A stretch of 15,446 nt of DNA from Abditibacteriaceae bacterium. GTDB taxonomy: Bacteria > Armatimonadota > Abditibacteriia > Abditibacteriales > Abditibacteriaceae. Both the position numbers and the translations under genes were made by a program. Positions 1 through 8,327 of this stretch are shown here, one piece after another. The notes below the pieces were generated by a model. That model did not search any database, was not told the DNA's origin, and worked only from the letters and a program-made list of their open reading frames with translations. The stretch is from positions 1 through 15,446 of the forward strand of contig JANMKN010000234.1 of NCBI GenBank assembly GCA_031372065.1, read 5' to 3'. The stretch's first letter is position 1, and every line of letters begins with the position of its first letter.

Positions 1-84
1 GCACTTCGGGCCCGCCCCTAACCACACCCCAATACCCCCCACGCCCCCCCCAAAGGGCCCGCGCGCAGCAAAAACAAAAACGCA

Positions 85-121
85 AAAACGACGCTACTTT
101 AAACAAAAGTAGCGTCGTTTT
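85..121. terminator. Perfect 16-bp inverted repeat, probable intrinsic (possibly bidirectional) terminator
   Basis: AAAACGACGCTACTTT (85-100) pairs with AAAGTAGCGTCGTTTT (106-121) around a 5-nt loop. The A-rich run at 70-88 gives T-tracts after the stem on the minus strand; TTTT ends the stem on the plus strand. Confidence 0.7.
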
Positions 122-230
122 AACGAAACGAAGTTAGCGGAGCGCAGCTTGGCGGCTATCTGCACATCGTTTCTTAACTGTGTCGGGTCGGCACCTTTAC
201 AAATTATCGGTGCCTCGTTACAGAGACATA

Positions 231-461
231 CTTTTGTTCTATGAGCCTTTGCTGCACCTCCTATCGCGCCCGCTAAACCTTTATGAGCGTCTTCTAAACC
301 TCTATGAACCTCGGCTAATGTTCTATGAACCTCAGCTAAAGTCCTATGAGGCTCAACTAAAGTTCTATGAGGCTCGCCTAAAGTTCTATGAGCCTCGCCT
401 AAAGTTCTATGAGCCTCAGCTAAAGTCCTATGAACCTCATCTAAAGTTCTGAGAGCGCCTT
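231..461. repeat. Tandem 21-bp repeat array (consensus about CTAAAGTTCTATGAGCCTCGC), no spacers
   Basis: In-phase units start at 273, 294, 315, 336, 357, 378, 399, 420 and 441, with degenerate units at 231 and 252 and weaker ones at 189, 210 and 462. Confidence 0.95.
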
Positions 462-639
462 CTGCACCAACTTCGGCGCCCTCTGTGGTTATGTAACCCG
501 CTGTGGAATGGCGAAAGTATGCCGAAAAGGGGCAAAATGTCTATAGTTTGATCCATTTGACTGTAGATTTTTTTTGTCGCTGTGGTTTTACAATGGTGCG
601 CTGGTTCCAAGACCTTTGTGACACGGTAAGATTACTTTT

Positions 640-3585
640 ATGAACGTGCAAGAATTTGTTCGCAAATGGACGCTTAATAACAGATCGGAAAAGTCGGCTT
701 CGCAGGAACAATTTATAGATTTATGCCGTTTATTTGAACATCCGACACCTAATGACGATGCCTCCGGTGATGATTTCGCTTTTGAAAAGGGCGCCGAGCG
801 GATTGGCGGCAAGTCGGGGCAAGGTTGGGCCGATGTCTGGAAGCGCAATCATTTCGCGTGGGAATACAAAGGCGCGCACGCCAATTTGGAAGCGGCATTG
901 AAACAACTGCTTCAATATCGCGGCAACCTTGATAATCCGCCGCTTTTGGTGGTGTCGGATATGAAAAAATTCATCATCCACACCAACTGGACAAACACGC
1001 CCGATAAGCGCATTGAAATTTCGTTGGAAGACCTCAAAGAAGCACACAAATTCGCGCAGTTGCGCGATGTGTTTCATGACCCCGACCGCCTGAAACCCGA
1101 CCGTCGTATTGATGACATCACGCAGGACGTGGCGGCGCGCTTTGCGGAAATCGCCCTCTCGATGAGCGGCACGCGCGAAAATCCGGGGCGCTTCGAGCCG
1201 CTGCGCGTAGCGCGATTTCTTGACCGCGTGGTGTTTACCCTGTTCGCCGAAGACGTTGATTTGTTGCCCGACCAATGCTTTTCCAAAATTTGCGAAGGCG
1301 ATAAAACGCGCTATAATCCGGCGCGCTTTGCCGCGCAACTGCGCCAACTGTGGGACGCGATGGAAAACGGCGGCGATTTCGGGCCGTATCCGATTCGGCA
1401 TTTCAACGGCGGCTTGTTTCGTGAGGTAGAAGTTTTGGAGCCGACGCAAACCGAACTCGATAAGTTGCGTGACGCGGCGCGCACTGATTGGAGCAACGTG
1501 GATGCTTCGATTTTTGGGACGCTGTTCGAGCGCGCCCTCGACCCCGATAAACGCTCGCAACTCGGCGCGCATTACACCTCGCGCGGGGATATTGAGGATT
1601 TGCTCGAACCCGTTTTGCTGCGTCCCCTGCGCGAGGAATGGAACGGCTTGCGCGACCGCTTGACGCCGCTTTTGGACGACCCGACGCCGCGCGAAACCAT
1701 CGCGCAGCAGGTCAACGACTTCGGGCAAAAGTTGGCCGCATTGCGGGTGCTTGACCCGGCCTGTGGCAGCGGCAACTTTCTGTATATCGCGCTGCAAAGC
1801 CTCAAAGACATCGAACAAAGTGTGCGCGTGTGGATGCGCGATGCCGGTTTGCGCGAGGATTTCCCGTCTATCACGCCCGCCAACTTTTGCGGCCTTGAAT
1901 TAAATGTTTACGCGCATGATTTAGCCGCCACCACGCTGCAAATCGGCTGGTTGCAATGGCTCAAACGCAACGGCGCGCCCACGCCGCCCGAACCGATTTT
2001 GCAAGCGCCGGTTGATATTCAAAACCGCGACGCCCTGCTGGAAATTCCCGACCCCACCAATTTATCCACTGCGCACGAAAGAACGTGGCCGACTTGTGAT
2101 GTTATCGTCGGCAATCCGCCGTTTTTGGGCGGAAAATTGTTACGCCGCGAGATGGGCAATGATTATGTTGAAGCGCTGTTCAGGGTTTATCGAGGACGTG
2201 TGCCCGCAGAAGCAGACCTATGTTGCTACTGGTTTGAGAAAGCTCGCGCCTGCATCCAAATGGCGGATGCGAGTCGCGCTGGGTTATTGGCTACACAGGG
2301 CATACGTGGTGGGGCCAATCGTGAGGTATTAAAGCGCATCAAAGAGAGCGGAGACATTTTTTGGGCTGTTTCGGATCGCAAGTGGATGCTCGACGGAGCG
2401 GCTGTTCACGTCTCAATAATTGGTTTCGACGCGGGTCAAGGAGCACGAACGAGCCACTTTCTTGATGGACAAAGTGTGCCGCGTATCAACTCAAATTTAT
2501 CGGGTGGCATCGATCTTACTGAAGTGTCTCCGCTTTTAGAAAATCGTGGATTGGCGTTTATGGGCGACACAAAAGGCGGCGCATTCGACGTTTCATTTCA
2601 GGACGCCCAAATATGGCTGCACTCGCCAAATCCTCACGGCAACCCCACGTCCGACGTTTTATTGCCTTGGATAAATGGACAAGATGTCACTGGGCGTTCG
2701 CGTGAAATGTTTATTGTGGACTTTGGAATGCTTTCCCAATCTGAAGCTGAACTTTATGAAATGCCCTACGGACACATTGAATCATTTGTCCAACCGGTAA
2801 GGGCCAACAACAACCGAGAACTCTACCGTCGATTTTGGTGGCGCCATGTCGAATCGAGACCCGGTATGATAGCTGCGTTGCGTCCGCTGCCACGCTTTAT
2901 CACTACGCCAACCACAGCTAAACATCGTTTATTCACATGGGTTGAACCCCCAATTATTCCCGATCATGCCCTTATTGCTTTTGCCCGCGACGATGATTAT
3001 TTTTTCGGCGTTCTTCATTCGCGCGTGCATGAAGTGTGGGCATTGCGACAGGGCACGCAGTTGGAAGACCGCCCCCGCTATACGCCCGAAACGTGCTTTT
3101 TGACTTTCCCGTTTCCGCATCCGACGCCGGAACAAGAAGCGGCGATTGCAGCGGCGGCGCAACGGCTTCACGAGCGGCGCGAAGCATGGCTGAATCCGTC
3201 CGAGTGGCTGCGTGAGGAAGAAATCACGTTTCGGGCGGGTGTTTCGGGGCCGTGGGCGCGTTTGGTGCGCGACCCCGACGAGCGCGGCATCGGCACCGCC
3301 ACTTATAGGCGCCGCGTCATGCGCGACCCGCGCCAAACGGTCACCGCGTCGCGCTTCGATGCCGCCACAAAAACATGGCGCCCGACAACCGAATGGCTGG
3401 AAAGTGCTTTGCCACGCCGCACGCTAACCATGCTTTACAACGAGCGTCCGGCGTGGCTGGCTTCGGCGCACGCCGCGCTGGATGCCGCCGTTTGTGCCGC
3501 CTACGGTTTGCCCGCCGATGCCTCCGACGAAACCATTTTGTCGCATCTGTTAGCACTCAACGCCGAGCGGGCCGCAACTAACTGA
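640..3585 (+). CDS. MmeI/YeeA-like type IIG/IIL restriction-modification enzyme (fused endonuclease, adenine methyltransferase and target-recognition domain)
   Basis: 981-aa ORF. N-terminal ADVWKRNHFAWEYK (PD-(D/E)xK-like), HFNGGLF, GAHYT, SAM-binding motif I LDPACGSGNF and catalytic motif IV GNPPF, plus a C-terminal RTLTMLYNERPAWL..AH..LDAAV.AAYG typical of this family. Confidence 0.93.
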   Translation: MNVQEFVRKWTLNNRSEKSASQEQFIDLCRLFEHPTPNDDASGDDFAFEKGAERIGGKSGQGWADVWKRNHFAWEYKGAHANLEAALKQLLQYRGNLDNPPLLVVSDMKKFIIHTNWTNTPDKRIEISLEDLKEAHKFAQLRDVFHDPDRLKPDRRIDDITQDVAARFAEIALSMSGTRENPGRFEPLRVARFLDRVVFTLFAEDVDLLPDQCFSKICEGDKTRYNPARFAAQLRQLWDAMENGGDFGPYPIRHFNGGLFREVEVLEPTQTELDKLRDAARTDWSNVDASIFGTLFERALDPDKRSQLGAHYTSRGDIEDLLEPVLLRPLREEWNGLRDRLTPLLDDPTPRETIAQQVNDFGQKLAALRVLDPACGSGNFLYIALQSLKDIEQSVRVWMRDAGLREDFPSITPANFCGLELNVYAHDLAATTLQIGWLQWLKRNGAPTPPEPILQAPVDIQNRDALLEIPDPTNLSTAHERTWPTCDVIVGNPPFLGGKLLRREMGNDYVEALFRVYRGRVPAEADLCCYWFEKARACIQMADASRAGLLATQGIRGGANREVLKRIKESGDIFWAVSDRKWMLDGAAVHVSIIGFDAGQGARTSHFLDGQSVPRINSNLSGGIDLTEVSPLLENRGLAFMGDTKGGAFDVSFQDAQIWLHSPNPHGNPTSDVLLPWINGQDVTGRSREMFIVDFGMLSQSEAELYEMPYGHIESFVQPVRANNNRELYRRFWWRHVESRPGMIAALRPLPRFITTPTTAKHRLFTWVEPPIIPDHALIAFARDDDYFFGVLHSRVHEVWALRQGTQLEDRPRYTPETCFLTFPFPHPTPEQEAAIAAAAQRLHERREAWLNPSEWLREEEITFRAGVSGPWARLVRDPDERGIGTATYRRRVMRDPRQTVTASRFDAATKTWRPTTEWLESALPRRTLTMLYNERPAWLASAHAALDAAVCAAYGLPADASDETILSHLLALNAERAATN

Positions 3586-3710
3586 TTAATTGCTTGCACG
3601 CGGCGTTTGGCCTACGGTGAAATAGAGAACAGGAGTTAAGGGAGGCTTCGATAGGCAACAGCCTATCTGCTGTGGCCGTATTTTTATTGGGCGCGCACTG
3701 TCAATTGATC

Positions 3711-3963
3711 ACTCATGTTACGCAGTGAGGTTGTGGTAGGCACTGGAAAGAGCGACTTCGTCGCTCGTCCCCTCACCCGGCCTCTCCCCCATTCGCTTCG
3801 CTGGGGAGAGGCGAACTTGACTATTAGGTCCTTGCCCTCCTCAATCGGGCAGGAGCGCTTGCGTAAAGCACTCCTCTCCCCATGGGGGAGAGGCCGGGTG
3901 AGGGGACGAGCAGCTTTGCTGCTCTTTCCAGTGCCTACCATAAGCGCACTGCGTAACATGAGT
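3711..3963. mobile_element. MITE-like non-autonomous element with long terminal inverted repeats and REP-like internal palindromes
   Basis: Perfect 17-bp terminal IR ACTCATGTTACGCAGTG (3711-3727 / 3947-3963) extending to 81-bp arms (3711-3791 / 3883-3963, 71/81 identical by manual count). Flanked by the direct repeat TGATC (3706-3710, 3964-3968). No transposase ORF. Confidence 0.8.
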
Positions 3964-4222
3964 TGATCATACAATTAGGAGCTTTTGGATAACCTTGGCG
4001 TGCAAGGCAGAGAGTAGAACATGGCAACAAACGCTTTGACGAAAAGCGAAAACCAAATCAGTTAGTTGACACGCGCAAATCGCGCAGTAGTGGCAACAAG
4101 GCCAAGCGCCACATGGCGGCGCCTTCTACAAAGTGTTCAAATTGACGCCTGAATGGATGCAAGACGAAACCTTCGGCAGTGACTACCGACATTTTCGGCA
4201 ACCCGTTTGAACTGCCTCAACC

Positions 4223-5263
4223 ATGAGCAAAAATTCACATTATCGCGCTGTTATTATTGGCTGCGGCTCACGCGCCAACGCGCACGTCGCGGCTTACAAA
4301 CATCTGCCCAAAGCGCAAATCGTGGCGTGTGCCGCGCCAACTCCAACGCGGCGCGAAAAATTGGCCGCCGAATTCGGTTTGCGCGCCTACGACGAGGCCG
4401 CGACGATGCTTGAACAGGAAAAACCCGACCTTGTGCATATCGTGACGTGGCCTTCCGTGCGCCTGCCCCTGATGCGCCTCGTCGCCGAAAGGGGCGTGCC
4501 GCTTTGCACACTGGAAAAGCCCGTTGCGGTTGGCATTGGCGATTGGCACGAACTGCAAGATTTGGCCGATTCGCCCACGAAATTCGCGGTTTGCCACCAA
4601 TTTCGCTGGCAAAAAGATTTGGTCGCTTGCCGCGCGGCTTTGCAATCGGGCCAACTCGGCGCGGTGCGTTTTCTTGATTTTTCGGCGGGCATGAACGTAT
4701 CGGGGCAAGGCACGCACATTTTGAATTACGCCATGTCGCTGAACAACGAATCGCCCGTCACGCACGTTTTTGGCGCGGCGGCGGGCACGCAGGGCATGAG
4801 CGGCGGGCATCCCGCGCCGGATGACACCATTGGCTATCTCACATTCGCCAACGGTGTGCGCGGCTTGTGGAACAACGGCCCGACGGCGCCGCGCTGTGGC
4901 GACGCCTCAACCGAATGGCAACACGTTCGCGTGGCGGCTTACGCCGCGCGCGGCAGCGTATCTTATGAAGAATTCGGGCGTTGGGAAATCGCTGGGCCAG
5001 ACGGCGTGCAAAGCGGCGATTTTGGTGGCATGGAAACGTGGAAAGCTAACAATTTACTGGCGCAGGCCGCGTTTCATCGCGCCATGTTCGACTGGCTTGA
5101 AACCGGCGCCGCACCGGGCACCAATCTGCGCCAATCGCTGCACGAATGGCACGTCGTTTTGGCGCTTTACGCCAGCGCATTGGAGCGTCGTCCGATTGAA
5201 ATTGAAATTTTTTCGCCGGACGCTGCTTTGTTCGAACATCTGCGCGCGGCGTTGAGTGCTTGA
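4223..5263 (+). CDS. Gfo/Idh/MocA family NAD(P)-dependent oxidoreductase
   Basis: 346 aa. N-terminal Rossmann VIIGCG, EKPDLVHIVT, the EKP motif (LEKPVA) and GQLGAV. Substrate cannot be assigned. Confidence 0.9.
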   Translation: MSKNSHYRAVIIGCGSRANAHVAAYKHLPKAQIVACAAPTPTRREKLAAEFGLRAYDEAATMLEQEKPDLVHIVTWPSVRLPLMRLVAERGVPLCTLEKPVAVGIGDWHELQDLADSPTKFAVCHQFRWQKDLVACRAALQSGQLGAVRFLDFSAGMNVSGQGTHILNYAMSLNNESPVTHVFGAAAGTQGMSGGHPAPDDTIGYLTFANGVRGLWNNGPTAPRCGDASTEWQHVRVAAYAARGSVSYEEFGRWEIAGPDGVQSGDFGGMETWKANNLLAQAAFHRAMFDWLETGAAPGTNLRQSLHEWHVVLALYASALERRPIEIEIFSPDAALFEHLRAALSA

Positions 5264-5278
5264 TGACTCAGGGTTCTT

Positions 5279-5866
5279 TCATAATTTTCTCAGCAAAAAA
5301 TCGCGCAGCACCAAAACCACTTCGCGCGAGGTCATTGTCAGGCGGCGCGAGAACACATAATTGGGCGAAGGCGAAACGACGGTTTGCAAACCTTGCTTGC
5401 GAAAATTCGCGCGGGCGCGGAATAGGTGATACGGCTCGCTGACGATAATGACGCGCCGCCAACCATGAAAGCGGCAAATGCGCGCCGCATTGACGGCGTT
5501 TTCCCATGTCGAATGCGACTCGTCTTCCAGAAAAACAGCACGCGCAGGAACGCCTGCGGCGATGGCTAAATCGGCGGAGACGCGCGCTTCGGCAGGCGGA
5601 TTCGTGCCGATGCCACCCGTTGTGATAATCGCAGCGGCCAGACCGCGCTTATAAAGTTTGACGGCGTGCAAAGTGCGCTCGCGCAACGCGCCGCTGGCCT
5701 TGCCCTGCTCGGTGACGTGCGCGCCCAAAACAATAATCGCATCGGACTTTGCGGCGTGGTCATTTTGGCCCCAGCGATCAAGAAACAATAGCAACGCGCC
5801 AAAACTTAACAGCAAAGCGCCGCCACCGGTCAAAGCGATTTTGAAAACTTTTTTACGATTCTTCAT
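5279..5866 (-). CDS. YdcF/DUF218 family protein with N-terminal membrane anchor
   Basis: DAIIVLGA, IITTGG, EA, LEDESHSTWENA and IIVSEPYHLFRA motifs. Start placed at the ATG at 5866 (MKNRKK followed by a hydrophobic helix) to avoid overlapping the upstream gene. Confidence 0.88.
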   Translation of the reverse strand: MKNRKKVFKIALTGGGALLLSFGALLLFLDRWGQNDHAAKSDAIIVLGAHVTEQGKASGALRERTLHAVKLYKRGLAAAIITTGGIGTNPPAEARVSADLAIAAGVPARAVFLEDESHSTWENAVNAARICRFHGWRRVIIVSEPYHLFRARANFRKQGLQTVVSPSPNYVFSRRLTMTSREVVLVLRDFLLRKL

Positions 5867-5873
5867 TAGGCAT

Positions 5874-6266
5874 TCAATCATGCGCAAACTTCGACATTTG
5901 GACGCGGCCCGCTTCATCGAATTCGACGCCTTCGGCTTCAAGGCGATCTCGTTGATCACGGGCCAGCAAAGGATTGCGCTTGGAAATGCGCAAGGCGCCG
6001 TCTTTGCCCACAACGCGCCACCACGGCACTTGTTCGTGCGCGTGAATCATAATGCGCCCGCAAATGTAGCCGCTGATAGGCGGCTCGCAGCAGGCGCCGA
6101 CAGCGCCGTAACTCATCACGCGTCCGGCAGGAATCGCCCGCACGATTTCGTAGATTTTTGCGACAATTTTCTCGTCCGTAGCGGCATTTGCATCTGCTAA
6201 CGGGCCGGCGGCGGGCTGCTCCGGCGTATTACTGAACTCTTCAAACAAGCGTCCTTGTGATTTCAT
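5874..6266 (-). CDS. Alkyltransferase-like (ATL, YbaZ/Atl1-type) MGMT-family DNA-damage binding protein
   Basis: IYEIVRAIPAGRVMSYGAV, VPWWRVV (Trp replaces the catalytic Cys of PCHR) and QRDRLEAEGVEF. Confidence 0.88.
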   Translation of the reverse strand: MKSQGRLFEEFSNTPEQPAAGPLADANAATDEKIVAKIYEIVRAIPAGRVMSYGAVGACCEPPISGYICGRIMIHAHEQVPWWRVVGKDGALRISKRNPLLARDQRDRLEAEGVEFDEAGRVQMSKFAHD

Positions 6267-6321
6267 GGCGGTTATACTTTCCCCGTTTCGACAACACCAA
6301 ATAGCTTAACTTTCTTTTTCG

Positions 6322-8319
6322 ATGAGCATTACATCCGCACAATCCGAACCCGTTCGCGACGAGTCGTTCCCGATTTCATCGCCTGCCGATTCCAGTCACT
6401 CCGCGTCAGCGGCCATCGGCACTCTTTCCGCTGCCGCCCTGCCGGGCGCGGCCTTTCATCCTGATGAATTCAACGTAGATGTTTCGCAAACCTCGTTGGC
6501 CGAAGCCGACGAAGTGCTAAAAGCCACGCTCGAAGAAGCCATGAGCGCGGTAGGCGGCACGCGGGCGTTTTTGGCGCTGGTAGATACTACTTTGGGCGAA
6601 TTGGCCTTGCGTTTTACAGCCGGCGAAGGCTGGACAAACGATGTGCGACGTTTGCGCGTTAACCTGCATCCCGACGAGCCGGGCAGCGCCGAAGCGCGCG
6701 GCGGCGGGCGACGCGGCATCACGCGGCACGTTTTGTTGACCAATCGCCGCTATTGGACGGGCAATGTCACGGATGACCCGCATTATATCGGGTTTTTCGA
6801 GGACGTAAAAAGCGAAATTGCGATTCCAATTGTGACGCATGGCGGCGGCGCTGTTGGCGTTATCAACGTCGAAAGCGCTCAGGCAGACGCTTTTACCGAA
6901 GATCACGCCAACCAATTAACGGTTTTGGCGCGGCGCGTGGCACTCATCATTTCGATGGCCGAGCATCAATTGCGCGAAGAAGCGCTGATTGCCATCGGCA
7001 AGGAATTCAATTCGTTAGACGACCTCGAAGCGCTAATGCAAGAAGTCGTGCAACAAGCGACCAAAGTTTTGCGGGCCGACGATTGCTCGTTGTTTTTGAT
7101 GGACGACGACAATGATATGCTGCGTCTCGCCGCCAGTCATGGACATTTGAAAGACCGAACCGGCGTGCAAGCCGCGCCTTACGGACGCGGCGAAGGCTTA
7201 ACCGGCTGGGTCGCGCAACACGCGCAGGTGATTCGCACCGGCGATCCGCGCCATGATCCACGCTGGAAAGGCTTGATTATGGAAGCGCCCGCCGGAGACA
7301 TCGCCGCCGTGATGGCGGCGCCGGTTTTGACGCAACGCTCGAAAACCGGCGTGTTGCGCGTGGTGCGCTTGCGTAAAGGTTTGCTGACATTTTTATCGCA
7401 GGAATTTACCCAAGCCGACGAAGACATTTTCGTGACTTTAGCCGGCCAGTTATCGGTGGCGATTGACCGCACGCGCCTTTTGAATCGCATTTTGCAATCT
7501 GAGCGCATGGCCGCGTGGGGCGAAATGAGCGCCCGTGCTGCCCACATGATTGGCAACACGGTTTTTGGCGTCAAAGGCCATTTAAACGAGTTGAATCACA
7601 TTGTCCGCGAAAATACCAAAGCCGAGTCGCAGCCGGAAAATTGGGACGACGCCAAGCAATTGCTGGAACACGTCAGTCGCGGCATTTATCGTTTGGAAGG
7701 CATTTTGGGCGAGTTTCGCGATTTCGTGCTGGCGACGCAGTTGCATCCGACGGAAAACGACATCAATCAATTGATGCGCCGCGTGACTTCGGAAACTTTC
7801 CCAAAGAATTCCAACGTAGATTTGGTGCTGAATTTAGCGCCCAGTTTGCCTCCGGTTGCGGTGGATGAAGTCAAACTAAAGCGTGCCTTTAGCGAACTCA
7901 TCGAAAACTCGGTAGATTTTCAACCGATGGGCGGTCAATTGACGATTCGCACGGCAGTGGCCGACGCCGATACCATCGCCGCGCTGACGCGCCAATCGTT
8001 TCAGGGGCCGGTTTTGCAAATTGAATTCATAGATCACGGCCCCGGCCTGAGCGAGCAAGACCGCGAACGCGTGTTCACGCCGTTTTACACGCGCAAAGCC
8101 AAAGGCATGGGCCTTGGTCTTTCGATTGTCAAAGGCATCATCGAAGCGCACGGCGGCGTTATTCGTGAAATCGGCGATGTGAATACCAATCGCGCGGTCA
8201 GCGATGCCCGCCAAGGCGCGCATTTTCTGGTGCTATTGCCCACCACACAAGTTGAAACGCCAGGTCAGGACGGAGATTTATCGGATCAACCAACGCCGGA
8301 ATCCAAACGGAAAGATTAG
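6322..8319 (+). CDS. Cytoplasmic sensor histidine kinase with two GAF domains
   Basis: GAF hallmarks SEIAIPI..VGVINVES..DAFTEDH and GEGLTGWVA..AVMAAPV..F. H-box MSARAAHMIGN, N-box ELIENS, DHGPG, FTPFYTRK and GMGLGLSIV. No transmembrane helix is evident. Confidence 0.92.
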   Translation: MSITSAQSEPVRDESFPISSPADSSHSASAAIGTLSAAALPGAAFHPDEFNVDVSQTSLAEADEVLKATLEEAMSAVGGTRAFLALVDTTLGELALRFTAGEGWTNDVRRLRVNLHPDEPGSAEARGGGRRGITRHVLLTNRRYWTGNVTDDPHYIGFFEDVKSEIAIPIVTHGGGAVGVINVESAQADAFTEDHANQLTVLARRVALIISMAEHQLREEALIAIGKEFNSLDDLEALMQEVVQQATKVLRADDCSLFLMDDDNDMLRLAASHGHLKDRTGVQAAPYGRGEGLTGWVAQHAQVIRTGDPRHDPRWKGLIMEAPAGDIAAVMAAPVLTQRSKTGVLRVVRLRKGLLTFLSQEFTQADEDIFVTLAGQLSVAIDRTRLLNRILQSERMAAWGEMSARAAHMIGNTVFGVKGHLNELNHIVRENTKAESQPENWDDAKQLLEHVSRGIYRLEGILGEFRDFVLATQLHPTENDINQLMRRVTSETFPKNSNVDLVLNLAPSLPPVAVDEVKLKRAFSELIENSVDFQPMGGQLTIRTAVADADTIAALTRQSFQGPVLQIEFIDHGPGLSEQDRERVFTPFYTRKAKGMGLGLSIVKGIIEAHGGVIREIGDVNTNRAVSDARQGAHFLVLLPTTQVETPGQDGDLSDQPTPESKRKD

Positions 8320-8327
8320 GAATCATA

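Noticed and set aside
1..84. C-rich then A-rich low-complexity stretch (G-quadruplex-like on the minus strand)
   Set aside because: It lies at the extreme window edge and resembles low-quality contig-end sequence, so it cannot be supported as biological.
180..452. 90-aa plus-strand ORF (LKFYEPR repeats) as a confident CDS
   Set aside because: GTG start without a clear RBS, stop codon inside a repeat unit, and openness explained by the repeat itself.
231..461. CRISPR array interpretation of the 21-bp repeats
   Set aside because: The units are directly abutting with no unique spacers, and there are no cas genes in the window.
605..640. Possible sigma70-like promoter (TTCCAA-N16-TAAGAT) giving a leaderless RM transcript
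   Set aside because: Weak match to consensus that cannot be distinguished from chance without TSS data.
730..1818. 362-aa antisense ORF and other long shadow ORFs (for example 4268-4810, 5658-6200, 12242-12784, 13153-13659)
   Set aside because: They overlap well-supported genes on the opposite strand, lack motifs, and are typical of GC-rich codon bias.
3650..3667. Hairpin GATAGGC-AACA-GCCTATC as a terminator or riboswitch
   Set aside because: Only a 7-bp stem, no adjacent T-tract and no recognisable RNA family.
3684..3974. ORFs 3715-3966 (+) and 3684-3974 (-)
   Set aside because: They are mirror translations of the inverted arms of the MITE-like element, with no protein-family motifs.
4021..4210. 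Possible pseudogene remnant (short frames MATNALTKSENQIS and GAFYKVFKLTPEWMQDETF)
   Set aside because: The fragments are short and match no family I recognise. A TBLASTX search would be needed.
4223..5263. Linking the Gfo/Idh/MocA enzyme to the glucuronate module
   Set aside because: It is 7 kb away in a separate transcription unit and there is no evidence for its substrate.
5867..6013. Extended N-terminus of the DUF218 ORF given in the track
   Set aside because: It overlaps the ATL gene. The ATG at 5866 gives a normal basic-plus-hydrophobic N-terminus.
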